A stretch of DNA of 27,316 nucleotides from a virus (IMGVR_UViG_3300015366_000034:1-27316); one strand, 5' to 3'; positions 1 through 9,302 are shown, numbered from the stretch's first letter. The notes: a model not told the origin generated them from the sequence alone. Program-made: numbers and translations.

Positions 1-625
1 ATCTAGTTGTAGCTCCAATAGATGTGCCATTTATTGTTCCACCAGTAACTGCTACTGCATTGGCATTTTGAGTGGACATTGTGCCAAGACCAGTGATTGC
101 AGTGCTTGGAATGGTTGTGGAGGCAGTCATTGCTCCAGTTCCATTGCCATATACATAGCCTGTCAGTGTTGAGGCTCCTGTGCCTCCATTTGACACATTT
201 AAAGTGCCTCCAACTGTAATTGCCCCGCTAGTTGGCGTGTTAGGCGTTAAACCAGTCGAACCAAAGCTGATTGTGGATATTTCTGTTGGGTTGCTACTGA
301 CCGATGTAATCTGACCTTGTGCATTCACCACAATAGTTGGGAAGGTATAAGTACCTGCGGTTACACCAGTATTTGCTAATGAAATCGTATAAGGGTTTTG
401 TGGCCCACCATCAACGCCAAGAAGTCCAGTAGATACAACTAAATTTCTAGAACTGGTTAGTGTTGGCTGATTCGTTAGCGTCAGAAACGTTAAGCTCGCC
501 CCAGAAGTTGGAGAAATCGCACCTGTTGTTGTCTGAGATGTAACACCGTTTTGAACAATAGGAACCAACTCGAAACCAGTTAAGGCCGATGCGGTAGGTA
601 ATTGTGATATTTGTACTTGTGCCAT
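1..625 (-). CDS. Tail fibre-like protein, N-terminal part (runs off window start)
   Basis: Not in the ORF track. ATG at 625 overlaps the upstream TAA (TAATG). Manual translation MAQVQISQLPTASALTGFELVPIVQNGVT...GVTAGTY...VNAQGQITSV...GTLNVSNGGTGA...GLGTMSTQNA stays open to the window edge and carries Gly/Thr-rich fibre motifs. Confidence 0.8.
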   Translation of the reverse strand, partial: MAQVQISQLPTASALTGFELVPIVQNGVTSQTTTGAISPTSGASLTFLTLTNQPTLTSSRNLVVSTGLLGVDGGPQNPYTISLANTGVTAGTYTFPTIVVNAQGQITSVSSNPTEISTISFGSTGLTPNTPTSGAITVGGTLNVSNGGTGASTLTGYVYGNGTGAMTASTTIPSTAITGLGTMSTQNANAVAVTGGTINGTSIGATTR

Positions 626-969
626 TATGGTCCTATAACAAGTTCGTCTTCGTTGCCGTTAACCAATCCAGGGGCTGATGTATTCAAACCAGTTGAAAGC
701 ACATAATTCTCGGTTGGACCCGTGATTAATTGATTGTTTGGAACTGGTAATGGAACATCAGGTCTGGGATACCTTAAGTTTATCCTCTCTGTCTTCCTTG
801 CAGGCAGTCTGTACGGATCTTTTTCATCTGCACAGTTTTGCTGACAGACCCGCAATCCAGGGAAGTTTGGATCAGGCATCTGCTCACTAATTGCCCTCTT
901 CATCTTGCATCTATCGCAAATGAAAATAGCAATCGATGAATTGCCTGTGGTGTCTAAAAAGCGAGGCAT
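625..969 (-). CDS. Small Cys-rich (zinc-ribbon-like) protein of the morphogenesis module
   Basis: 114 aa, CDRC...CQQNC cysteine pairs, tightly packed between the adaptor and fibre genes. Confidence 0.7.
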   Translation of the reverse strand: MPRFLDTTGNSSIAIFICDRCKMKRAISEQMPDPNFPGLRVCQQNCADEKDPYRLPARKTERINLRYPRPDVPLPVPNNQLITGPTENYVLSTGLNTSAPGLVNGNEDELVIGP

Positions 970-971
970 GA

Positions 972-2051
972 TTACCTCGTATACACGCTGATATTCGGAG
1001 CAAAATAGATGGGCGACTTATCGCGCTCTTCTTGCTCCGCCATAATGAAGTATTTTTCTGCTTGAGCTTCTAAATACTGAATCCTTGTTAAATCAATACC
1101 AGGCAACTCCTGGCTCATCTGGTGAGCTAGCATGTTCTGTATAGCCATTAACCAGCGGTCTGGAATAGCCAAAGAATTAGTCAAAGCCCCTACGTCTTGG
1201 ATTTGGCTTGAATACCAAACCGTCATTTGATAGAACGCACTCTGCGGAGTTGGCCATAAAGTTATTGTTGCGTTAGGTATTGTGCGGTTTAACCAGAACT
1301 GGAACGGTTGATTAGCCGTAAAGTTCTTGTTAGGTAAATTCGTGTAGTCATCGCGATTCAATCGCGCCATAGTGATCTCGGTTGAGTTAACACCTAAGTA
1401 CCACTCACGCATAGCCAATGTTGTACCGTTAAATGCCTGAACACGGTAGTATTGAACAATCGCACCAGGATCAATATCTTGCCAAATCCACTGGCCATCA
1501 GTTACTGTAACATTGGTTGCCGTATAAAGGTTCTGCCAATTAGTACCATCAACAGATGCTTGAAGGTAATAGCTCCAAGTAGCCGTACCAAAATTTGCCA
1601 CATACGGCATGATGCCGATTGAGCCAATGTATTGTTGATTGTTTGTCCCGTAATCTACTGAAAAATAACCATTTGCAGATGACTGTTGGCAATAAGTCTG
1701 TACATTGTCATCTGTTAAATTTGATATTGTTCCGCCACCACTTGAGGAATAATTTCCAGATGGCTGGGTCATTTGGCGGTATAAAGCATTTAAAACGTCT
1801 ACACCACCATCAGGTAGGGTGTACTCGTATTTTGCTGGCTGAAGCCCGTATACCTGCTTTTTGACGGCAAAATATTGGATTCCTTGGTTGATTAAGTTAC
1901 TGAGTACAAAAAATAAAGACTGTCTTGCACTGTTTACCTGCTCAACCGTCAATTCTTCTGCCAGTTTTCCAGCGCGACGCGCACCGTTGTCAATTAAATT
2001 TTGAACGGTGACTATGGTTTGACCGACGGTTCCGCTAGTTGTGCCTGACAT
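972..2051 (-). CDS. Putative head-tail adaptor / tail tubular protein with an inserted discoidin (F5/8 type C)-like domain
   Basis: 359 aa. Helical N- and C-termini typical of connectors (ARQSLFFVLSNLINQG, NRDDYTNLPNK, ITLWPTP, AEQEERD) flank a beta-rich block (FSVDYG, YYLQASVDGTNW, YYRV). Confidence 0.6.
   Translation of the reverse strand: MSGTTSGTVGQTIVTVQNLIDNGARRAGKLAEELTVEQVNSARQSLFFVLSNLINQGIQYFAVKKQVYGLQPAKYEYTLPDGGVDVLNALYRQMTQPSGNYSSSGGGTISNLTDDNVQTYCQQSSANGYFSVDYGTNNQQYIGSIGIMPYVANFGTATWSYYLQASVDGTNWQNLYTATNVTVTDGQWIWQDIDPGAIVQYYRVQAFNGTTLAMREWYLGVNSTEITMARLNRDDYTNLPNKNFTANQPFQFWLNRTIPNATITLWPTPQSAFYQMTVWYSSQIQDVGALTNSLAIPDRWLMAIQNMLAHQMSQELPGIDLTRIQYLEAQAEKYFIMAEQEERDKSPIYFAPNISVYTR
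1352..1366. repeat. Palindrome CGCGATTCAATCGCG (dispersed motif, copy 1)
   Basis: Perfect 7-1-7 inverted repeat inside the adaptor CDS; the same 13-mer core occurs at four other sites. Confidence 0.9.
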
Positions 2052-2060
2052 TTTTTACCT

Positions 2061-2456
2061 TTACCACCCTGGGCAATTCCAGCGTTTTAATGAAGCCTTT
2101 GCTCTTGGAGCATCACCCTTAGAATGTTCTACAACACCACGCATTCTTGCGCAAAATGAGTCTTTTCTAGCCCCGCCTTGTGGTTGTGGAGCTTTTAAGT
2201 GACTTCCGTTCTCTCTATTATATTTTGCTCTGCCCTTTTCGGTAAGCCCTGCGCCCTTGGATACTGGTAATTTTTCACCTCTACCAACCGCTAGGCTTGT
2301 GCCGCCATCCTTCATCTTGGCTGTCTTAGCTGACTCTTTGAACGCTTCAGCAGTTGGCGCACCTTTGCTACCGACTCGACGCATTTTTTCGCCAGAGCCA
2401 TGAGCAATTCTTTGCTGTTTTGCATGAATGTTTGCATATAGTCCTTGTTTAGCCAT
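2061..2456 (-). CDS. Small basic phage protein, apparent two-domain fusion (GLYANIHAK module plus DUF6321-like module)
   Basis: 131 aa. GLYANIHAK...GSGEKMR...GAPTA is joined through MKDGG to GLTEKGRAKY...LKAP...SFCARM...SLKRWNC. Family assignment is from memory. Confidence 0.7.
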   Translation of the reverse strand: MAKQGLYANIHAKQQRIAHGSGEKMRRVGSKGAPTAEAFKESAKTAKMKDGGTSLAVGRGEKLPVSKGAGLTEKGRAKYNRENGSHLKAPQPQGGARKDSFCARMRGVVEHSKGDAPRAKASLKRWNCPGW

Positions 2457-2789
2457 TTACCAAGCCTTTGAGCCTTTGTGTTTTTCGTGAGTTGATACTT
2501 TGCAATGCTTTAATTTGATACTTCCGCCTTTGGCTTCATAAGTATCATTTTTATCTTTTGTGCCCAAACCTTCTTTATAAGCACGAACATAATTTCTAGC
2601 TCCTTTGGCAAAATCACTATTGGAAATTGCTTCGCCTTGGGGTGTTTTTTCGTATTGGTTTGGATCTTTTGCAATACCCAAATCTTGACCAACACGCCTA
2701 ACACCACGCATAAATTCATTAGGCATGTTCTTTACGGAATTTACAATTGAATTGCTACCGCCTTCATCAAAATGTTTTTTTCGTGCCAT
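2457..2789 (-). CDS. Hypothetical basic protein with two xxGG motifs
   Basis: Start moved to MARKKHFDEGG (ATG 2789, AAAGGA upstream), which removes the overlap with the upstream gene. 110 aa, ends in W. Confidence 0.7.
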   Translation of the reverse strand: MARKKHFDEGGSNSIVNSVKNMPNEFMRGVRRVGQDLGIAKDPNQYEKTPQGEAISNSDFAKGARNYVRAYKEGLGTKDKNDTYEAKGGSIKLKHCKVSTHEKHKGSKAW

Positions 2790-2799
2790 GATTTTTCCT

Positions 2800-3324
2800 T
2801 TACCAATTAGGATGTTTAACTTTTCCGCCAGCTTTAAATGGCGCAGGTTTTTTAAATTCTGTTTCCCATTCTTTCCTATGGGTGTCAGCTTTTGCTTTCT
2901 GACCCTTTTTCTCTTGATACTTTGCCTCTGATCTAGAAGATTCTGAAAGAAAACGACGGTCAATACGCTTACGTTGTTTTGTAGCCTCTTCCTTGTTACC
3001 AGACTCAATTGCCTTTTTCTCTAGCTTTAGTCTGCCTGATAACCTATTCTCCTCTTTTTTCTCTTTAGGCGGGAGCTTGTATTCCTCTTCGTGCTCTTCA
3101 TGCACTTCGCCATGGCCACCATTAGCGTCTTCGTAATCCCAGTCGCTCTCATAATGGTGAGGGCTATACGCATCAGGTTTGATACGACCCCCACCAGCCT
3201 TCTTAGCCTTGCGCTGAACAGCGTATGCAATCGCCACCGCTTGACGCTGTGGCTTACCTGCATGCATTTCTGCCTCCACGTTGTGCGAAAAGGCTTTCTT
3301 AGATTTAGACTTTGTTAAAGGCAT
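2800..3324 (-). CDS. Basic/charged phage protein (MPLxKxKS...GKPQRQAVAIA family) with C-terminal extension
   Basis: Start moved to MPLTKSKSKK (ATG 3324), one base after the upstream stop. 174 aa, ends FKAGGKVKHPNW. Confidence 0.75.
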   Translation of the reverse strand: MPLTKSKSKKAFSHNVEAEMHAGKPQRQAVAIAYAVQRKAKKAGGGRIKPDAYSPHHYESDWDYEDANGGHGEVHEEHEEEYKLPPKEKKEENRLSGRLKLEKKAIESGNKEEATKQRKRIDRRFLSESSRSEAKYQEKKGQKAKADTHRKEWETEFKKPAPFKAGGKVKHPNW

Positions 3325-3325
3325 A

Positions 3326-5959
3326 TTAGGCCTGACTTTCTTGCCATGACAAACGAGCAAATGCTGTTCCGTTTCCACCAATCTGGCTAACCGTCACATA
3401 CAAAATATCAGGGCCATCAGGATATGTTCCTGCTTGGCTTGTTGGCACAGTATTTGACAGTCCACCACCCAAAGCAGAATTACCGAATGGAGCAACTGAA
3501 GTCAAGTCCAAAGTGGTCTGGCCTGCTGTGTTGGTAAAGAACGCCGCAATCGACTCGCCACCAGTAATAGTAGTTGCCGTATTGGTGTTTGTTGCCACTT
3601 GCACAATTGAAGTTGTGTTTGTGTTGTTTTGTGTTGGTGAAGCAAAAGAAGTAAATCCGCTTGTTCCACCGATTACACCATTCAGAATAAACTGAACCAA
3701 GTAACTTGTGGTGGTCAACATAGCAATCTCACGCATTTGCAATTGCAAGCGGTTGATAATTTCCTTAACACCCAATGTTCCAACAGTACCGTTATCAACA
3801 GAAGGAGCCACACGAATAGCCATGATTGGCACAGCAGTAGCACTAGATGTAGACACGGCTGAAGTCATACCGTAGTTGTAGATTGCAGACACGTCGTTTG
3901 TGAACCCACCGTCCATAACCACTGATGAACCCCAGTGCGATAACTGAGCCGCAGAATCAGCAGATGCGTACTCAACTGCAATAGGCGCAGTCGCTGAATA
4001 AGTGTAAGCAGTAGCTGAAGACCCACCAGTTGTACCACGTGTAATTCCAGTAAAACTAGTAGTGGTTAAACCCGTATAAGTGAAGTATTCAATTACACCA
4101 GATGTACCGTTACCGATAATACGTGCTGTACCGCCTGCAGGATTGAATCCTGATGTGCTCAATACATTAATCGTAGTATCTGTAGTTCCAATACTTGCTG
4201 TAATTGTTGTCAATGGCAATACAGTATTTTGTTCATAATGCGAAGGCAAGTTGCCTGAACGCATATAAGCTTGGTACTGTACGTTATTATTTTGGAAGCC
4301 ATATACATAAATGATCTGACCACTTGTGGCACGGAATCCAAACCTTGCAACGCCTGCACCGTACCAAGAATAGTCCATGTAAAACATTTGTACTTTAGTC
4401 AGGTCTAGGTTATAGCCTGATGGATTGGAAGCAGAGTTTGACCCATCGCATACATCCCACCACTGTGATTGAGGAACTCTCGTCTCAACAACACGTGAAA
4501 CCAATGCGTTGGCAATAGTTACACCTCTGTATTCAGGAGTTATATACAACTGTGTATCGCTAGTTATGGTTGTGACACGATGTGTTTGACCACGAATCGT
4601 AATATAGTCACCTACAACCAACTGAGTTGTAAATTGTGTGCTAGAACCAGTCACCAAAGAACTGTTTTGAGTTGCTGTTACAGTTCCAGTAATCTGGTTT
4701 ACGCTATTGCGCAATACAGCATACAGAGTTTGACCATCAAATTGAAAGAAAATGCCGTTTTGACTATCAAAGAACCCAATCTTGTTGCTTGACCCATACC
4801 ATGAATAAGGACTTATATGCGGTATTGATGGAACAGTACATGTTGCTGTAGTAGCACTTGGCGTTGATAACGCTGTATACGTAAATGTCAAAGCTGTAGG
4901 TACGCTAACAATTTTAAAAATACCGTTGTAAGCAGACTGGTCAAAACCCAAAACTTGGACATAAGTGTTAACTGTCAAATTATGTGGTGTCTTGCTTGTT
5001 ACAGTTACTGTTGTTCCAGAAGATGTCAACGTAGTAAACGCAATCTGTGGCTTAAGGATTGTTCCAGTAGAAAACTGAATGCCTTTACCAGACTGGTAAC
5101 GGAAATAACGACGAGTCTGGCGGAACAACTGCTGATTAGGCACTGAAGCACCCGCAGTAAAGTTAACAGACCCGTCATAGGCATGTGTGTCTACCCATCC
5201 AGAAGGACGAGCATACAAGTTTGTTTGACCCGCTGTATTAGCAATTGTTGTCGATGGTGTGCCGTTTATGTTGGTAAACGTAAATGTCGTAGCACTTGGA
5301 GTAGTTGCTACTGTTTGTGAGCCATTAATTTGAGTTGCTGTGGACGGACCAGTCGTACCAGTAATATAAATTGCTGAGTTGGCTGATAACCCATGTGGGA
5401 ACGATGTCGTTACAGTAACTGTAGAACCAGAAAATGTAAATGCAGTAGTGCCAGTTAAAGCAATACCACAGTTTGAATAGGTATAGCCTTGGTAGCAATA
5501 TGTTGTTGTAGCAGAATAGTTATTAACTGTAGTAACTGGGTTAGCAACCTGAACAGTAATAGATGTACCTGCGCTTACACCTGCAACCACATATGCCCAA
5601 CCTTGAGCATTTGGGTCAATAGTGTCTTCAATAAAGAACGGCGTACCTGTTGCAACAGTGACATTTGAACTAAATGTAATTGTTAACTGATAATTGTTAG
5701 ATAAGTTTCCAGTAATTGCTGATACTGGAAGTGCCGCATTGGCCAAATAATACAGCGATTGACGGTTGTTTTGCAGAGAAACCTGTTCCCATTTGGTCGG
5801 CTGTTGACCATACTCAAAGTCGGTATCAATCAACGATTGTGGAGTTGATACCCTAAGCTTATCCACAGCATCATACGCACCAGATCTTTGTGCTTGCTGA
5901 AGACGTAATTGGTTATCTGTGTTCGACGTGGGACCTGTATAGACTGATATTTCAGACAT
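3326..5959 (-). CDS. Large Thr/Ser-rich virion structural protein (fibre/spike or decoration) with repeated small beta modules
   Basis: 877 aa. Core motifs KLRVSTPQSL, RQTRRYFRYQSGK, IGFFDSQNGIFF and DYSWYGAGVARFGF are interrupted by VTVTxxxPHxL...TFTY/F repeats. AGGTG RBS. Confidence 0.75.
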   Translation of the reverse strand: MSEISVYTGPTSNTDNQLRLQQAQRSGAYDAVDKLRVSTPQSLIDTDFEYGQQPTKWEQVSLQNNRQSLYYLANAALPVSAITGNLSNNYQLTITFSSNVTVATGTPFFIEDTIDPNAQGWAYVVAGVSAGTSITVQVANPVTTVNNYSATTTYCYQGYTYSNCGIALTGTTAFTFSGSTVTVTTSFPHGLSANSAIYITGTTGPSTATQINGSQTVATTPSATTFTFTNINGTPSTTIANTAGQTNLYARPSGWVDTHAYDGSVNFTAGASVPNQQLFRQTRRYFRYQSGKGIQFSTGTILKPQIAFTTLTSSGTTVTVTSKTPHNLTVNTYVQVLGFDQSAYNGIFKIVSVPTALTFTYTALSTPSATTATCTVPSIPHISPYSWYGSSNKIGFFDSQNGIFFQFDGQTLYAVLRNSVNQITGTVTATQNSSLVTGSSTQFTTQLVVGDYITIRGQTHRVTTITSDTQLYITPEYRGVTIANALVSRVVETRVPQSQWWDVCDGSNSASNPSGYNLDLTKVQMFYMDYSWYGAGVARFGFRATSGQIIYVYGFQNNNVQYQAYMRSGNLPSHYEQNTVLPLTTITASIGTTDTTINVLSTSGFNPAGGTARIIGNGTSGVIEYFTYTGLTTTSFTGITRGTTGGSSATAYTYSATAPIAVEYASADSAAQLSHWGSSVVMDGGFTNDVSAIYNYGMTSAVSTSSATAVPIMAIRVAPSVDNGTVGTLGVKEIINRLQLQMREIAMLTTTSYLVQFILNGVIGGTSGFTSFASPTQNNTNTTSIVQVATNTNTATTITGGESIAAFFTNTAGQTTLDLTSVAPFGNSALGGGLSNTVPTSQAGTYPDGPDILYVTVSQIGGNGTAFARLSWQESQA

Positions 5960-5976
5960 ATTTCACCTATTAAAGT

Positions 5977-5998
5977 GGTGGGAGCCGAAGCCCCCACC
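5977..5998 (-). terminator. cUUCGg hairpin, possible weak intrinsic terminator or RNA-stabilising stem
   Basis: Minus strand GGTGGGGGC-TTCG-GCTCCCACC followed only by ACTTT, in the intergenic gap. Confidence 0.55.
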
Positions 5999-6003
5999 GA
6001 TTT

Positions 6004-7242
6004 TCACTTTTTAGCTCTTCCGCCGTGCTTTCTAACAAGCGGGGGATTTACAAAACCTCTACCTGCTCCAGCGCTTCTAGGAACAATCCTGGAAGCATCT
6101 TGATAGGCCAAGGTATCTCTATACCTCTGCTTAGCATCTGCAACGTCTTGAGGAGATACATCACGCATGTTTTGACCAGGTGCAAATTGCAACCCGCCAT
6201 CCATGTGGTGCTGTACCTTACCACCTTTTTTAAAGGTGCCAGATTGCAAGCTGTTAGCCACGGGTTTGCTGACAAAGTGACGGGGCATTTTTACTGCTTT
6301 ACCGTCATCGATAACATTACCCCCCGTGGCATAGTGCTTTTTTGAGGCATGTCCTCCGTGCTTAAAGCCACCAGCATTACCTTCTTTAACGCCACCAGTC
6401 TTGCCATTTTTCTTGCCGGCAGTTGATGTGTCAGCAGGACGGTCTTCCCAGTCTCCGCCTTCAACAGTACCTTGTTTTAAATGGCCTTCACGCTTTGACT
6501 TTTCAGTCGCCGCAGGAATTGCGCCACCAGTTGCTTTGTGATGCATACGACCGCCACGCTTAAAGCCACCAGCGTTGGTTTCTTTAATGCCCTTAGTGCC
6601 ATGAGCTTTGTCTTTCTTGGCAGAGTGCATCTCAGTCTCTAAGTAGTCATGCTCATTACCCTCAATGGTACTGTGCATCTTGCTTTTGCCCACGTTTTTC
6701 TTTTCGTGAGTGTCAGAAGGAATAGCACCACCAGTTTTGTAACCGCCTGCCTTATCCTCTTTGATGTCACCAGTTCCGTGGTGCTTGTCGTGCTTAGAAC
6801 CATCAACTACTTTGGTTTTTTCAAATTTCTTTGCATTACCTTTGATAGTTGTTTTGGTTTCATCGCGATCAATCGCTCCACCAGAAGCTTTATGATGTAC
6901 TTTTCCACCTTTTTTGAGTCCATGATGTGCCTTTGAAGCTTTCTCGTGCTCGTGATGCTTTAGCTCTTTCTCAAGCTTATGAATCTCGTGCTCTTCGTGC
7001 GCAACTGCTCCACCCTTTTTAAAGTTAGGATTCATTGCCTTACGACGATGCGCCATAGAAGGCTTCTTAGGTGAATGACCGTGCTCAGCCTCATCATGAT
7101 GCATGTGATGCATAGCCTTGTGGCCATGGTGCTCTTCATGCTCTTTATGAGCCTTGTGATGTACTTTCCCACCTTTTTTGAGTTTCAGTATTACTGAAGG
7201 CTCATCGGTCATCATTTTGACCATTGGTTTGAATTGACCCAT
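6004..7242 (-). CDS. His/Lys/Gly-rich low-complexity repeat protein, putative internal virion protein
   Basis: 412 aa, 12 xxGG motifs, three longer internal repeats ending KExxAGG[YF]KxGG. AGGAG RBS. Confidence 0.8.
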   Translation of the reverse strand: MGQFKPMVKMMTDEPSVILKLKKGGKVHHKAHKEHEEHHGHKAMHHMHHDEAEHGHSPKKPSMAHRRKAMNPNFKKGGAVAHEEHEIHKLEKELKHHEHEKASKAHHGLKKGGKVHHKASGGAIDRDETKTTIKGNAKKFEKTKVVDGSKHDKHHGTGDIKEDKAGGYKTGGAIPSDTHEKKNVGKSKMHSTIEGNEHDYLETEMHSAKKDKAHGTKGIKETNAGGFKRGGRMHHKATGGAIPAATEKSKREGHLKQGTVEGGDWEDRPADTSTAGKKNGKTGGVKEGNAGGFKHGGHASKKHYATGGNVIDDGKAVKMPRHFVSKPVANSLQSGTFKKGGKVQHHMDGGLQFAPGQNMRDVSPQDVADAKQRYRDTLAYQDASRIVPRSAGAGRGFVNPPLVRKHGGRAKK

Positions 7243-7254
7243 GTTGATCTCCTA

Positions 7255-8307
7255 TTAGGCTTGATCTGAGCCGAGCAAACCAGCGCGTGTAGCGTTGGGG
7301 CCGACTTGAATTGCAGTTAAACCCATGCTGAGCAACAAGCGCTTAGAACCGTCTGGTGTGCCAGAGATTGCGTAAGTACCGCGAACATCAGGAGTTACAG
7401 GTGTAGACACGCTAGATGGAACCAGGTTCATGCCAGAAGTAATTGTTGTACCGCTAGTAGCCACATATGTTCCAGCCAAGTAGTTAGCTTGGGTTGTTGA
7501 CAGTTTACCAGTTGTGCCAGATAGATTGGTGAACCAGTAAGTTGTGTTCAATGAAACACCTGTCAATGTGCCTAGAGCACCAGTTAACTGCACTAATGTG
7601 CCGCTAGGAGGAGCATAAGCAACTGTAATCACACCAGGAGTTGCGGCTGTGAAGTTTGTAATTGCTTGTGTTGAGTAAGTAGTAGAACCACCACCCAAAC
7701 CAGCAGTTACGCCAGATGTGTTATCAATCGTACCTGCGGCAAACTTTGCAGTAAGCACATAAGCAGGATCTGTAACCTTCGCAGGCAAGCCCATGATCTT
7801 AGTTGTATCTACAGACACAGCTACAGTAGTAGCGGCTGAGAATGCAACACTAGAGATCTGGAAGAAAGCCTTACGACCGTTTACAGTTGTTGACTGTGTT
7901 GTACCAGTCTGAATGATTTCAGACATTGGTTGGTTGTAATAATCGTAACCAGAAATAGTCACGTTAGATGCTGTAGGTGAACCTGATCCAACTGTTAGTG
8001 AAACAGCGCGTGGATAGTCCAACTGAATAACAATAGTACCGTCAGAACGAGTTACGCGAGTAGTACCAGCAGTGGCACTAGCGGCGGCAAGTGAAGTACC
8101 ACTGTAAGTTGTTGCAACTGTTGGTGTTTGAGCGGCCAAAACTGCGGCAGTTGTCACAGTTGCTGGAGTCTCATCCAACAGATACACACGACCCATAGGG
8201 CCAAAACCCAAGTCCATTGGTGCTGGATCTTGGAACGCATTGTTTGGGTTTGTTCCTACAAAGCCCTGTGCTGGGCCTAGGAAAATATCATCGGAAAATT
8301 GAGGCAT
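7255..8307 (-). CDS. Putative capsid decoration / head fibre protein
   Basis: 350 aa, Thr/Ala/Gly-rich beta protein directly after the capsid gene; DYPRAVSL, VTISGYDYYNQPMSE, GRKAF, DVRGTY motifs. Confidence 0.6.
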   Translation of the reverse strand: MPQFSDDIFLGPAQGFVGTNPNNAFQDPAPMDLGFGPMGRVYLLDETPATVTTAAVLAAQTPTVATTYSGTSLAAASATAGTTRVTRSDGTIVIQLDYPRAVSLTVGSGSPTASNVTISGYDYYNQPMSEIIQTGTTQSTTVNGRKAFFQISSVAFSAATTVAVSVDTTKIMGLPAKVTDPAYVLTAKFAAGTIDNTSGVTAGLGGGSTTYSTQAITNFTAATPGVITVAYAPPSGTLVQLTGALGTLTGVSLNTTYWFTNLSGTTGKLSTTQANYLAGTYVATSGTTITSGMNLVPSSVSTPVTPDVRGTYAISGTPDGSKRLLLSMGLTAIQVGPNATRAGLLGSDQA

Positions 8308-8341
8308 GATCTTTACTCCCTGAAAAGTTTGATCAGATTAG

Positions 8342-8371
8342 AAAAAAGGGCTGGCTTTTTACACCAGCCCT
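8342..8371 (-). terminator. Rho-independent terminator after the major capsid gene
   Basis: Minus strand AGGGCTGGT-GTAAAAA-GCCAGCCCT followed by a T run. Confidence 0.85.
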
Positions 8372-8377
8372 GTTTGG

Positions 8378-9292
8378 TTATACGCCAGGTGTACCGTACG
8401 CACAACGTGGGTCTGTGTACCCAATGTCGTAACGCTCAGTAGCCTTGTAGCGCATAGAGTCAGTCTCGAAATCACCTTCCATGGTTTTCTCAAGATGACG
8501 ACGCATTAACAGCTTGAAGCCTTCTGGAGCGTCTGTCTGTACCCACCATGCGGTAGATGAAGTCAAACGACTCAGAACTGCGGCACCCTCGTCAAGCAAG
8601 CCAATAGACTTGATTGGGTTGATGTCGTTGTTTGCGTTACCTGTACGGAGTACAGATTTCAACAAAACTTCAGCTTGGAAAATGTTACCAGGAGCCACAA
8701 CCAATTGGCGTGGAACCAAGCGGATACGCTTACCGTTGTTATCAACAGCTTGACGAATCTGGATCAACATTTGCTCTAAAGAAGTCTGTGACAACACTGC
8801 GGCTGTAGACAACTGGTTAGAGAATGTACCGTTCACGATTGGGTGAGCAGTATTGATCAAAGAAACGCCATCACCACCTGGATAAGAGGAGTTGAAAGCT
8901 GTGTTTAACACATTCGCCGCTAACAGTTCTTTAGTCTCAACTAAAGATTGTGCTAGGTGACGCGCATACACTTGACCGATACGAATGTGGTCGCCATCTT
9001 CTACGAGCACTTTGGTCAAAGCGAAGGCAAGGCCATACACTTTGTACACATAACGCTTGAGGAAGAGAACACCACCCTGTTGATACGTAACTGGCGTACC
9101 GTCAGGTAATTGTGGTGCGGCGCCAAATCCATAAAGGACAGGCTCTTCGTGATAGTTACGGGGGATGCCGTCTTCTTCGCGGAACACACGGCTCCACTCG
9201 TCGGCACGTTGATCATAGACTCCATCGAAACACTCGTTAAGAATTGGCTCAACGATTGATCTAAAGTCCGTACTTCGCATTGGTGCGGCCAT
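8378..9292 (-). CDS. Major capsid protein (HK97 fold inferred)
   Basis: 304 aa. GFGAAP, YGLAFALTK, GDGVSLINTAHP, PRQLVVAP, DFETDSMRYKATERY...DPR and YGTPG motifs; follows the scaffold; strong RBS and terminator. Confidence 0.88.
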   Translation of the reverse strand: MAAPMRSTDFRSIVEPILNECFDGVYDQRADEWSRVFREEDGIPRNYHEEPVLYGFGAAPQLPDGTPVTYQQGGVLFLKRYVYKVYGLAFALTKVLVEDGDHIRIGQVYARHLAQSLVETKELLAANVLNTAFNSSYPGGDGVSLINTAHPIVNGTFSNQLSTAAVLSQTSLEQMLIQIRQAVDNNGKRIRLVPRQLVVAPGNIFQAEVLLKSVLRTGNANNDINPIKSIGLLDEGAAVLSRLTSSTAWWVQTDAPEGFKLLMRRHLEKTMEGDFETDSMRYKATERYDIGYTDPRCAYGTPGV

Positions 9293-9302
9293 AATTTACT
9301 CC

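Noticed and set aside
2457-3381. Long N-terminal extensions in track ORFs 2457..3008 and 2800..3381 (likewise 12237..12440, 23508..23858, 24069..24437, 24313..24633)
   Set aside because: The extensions overlap upstream genes, and downstream starts with an RBS or stop-start coupling fit better.
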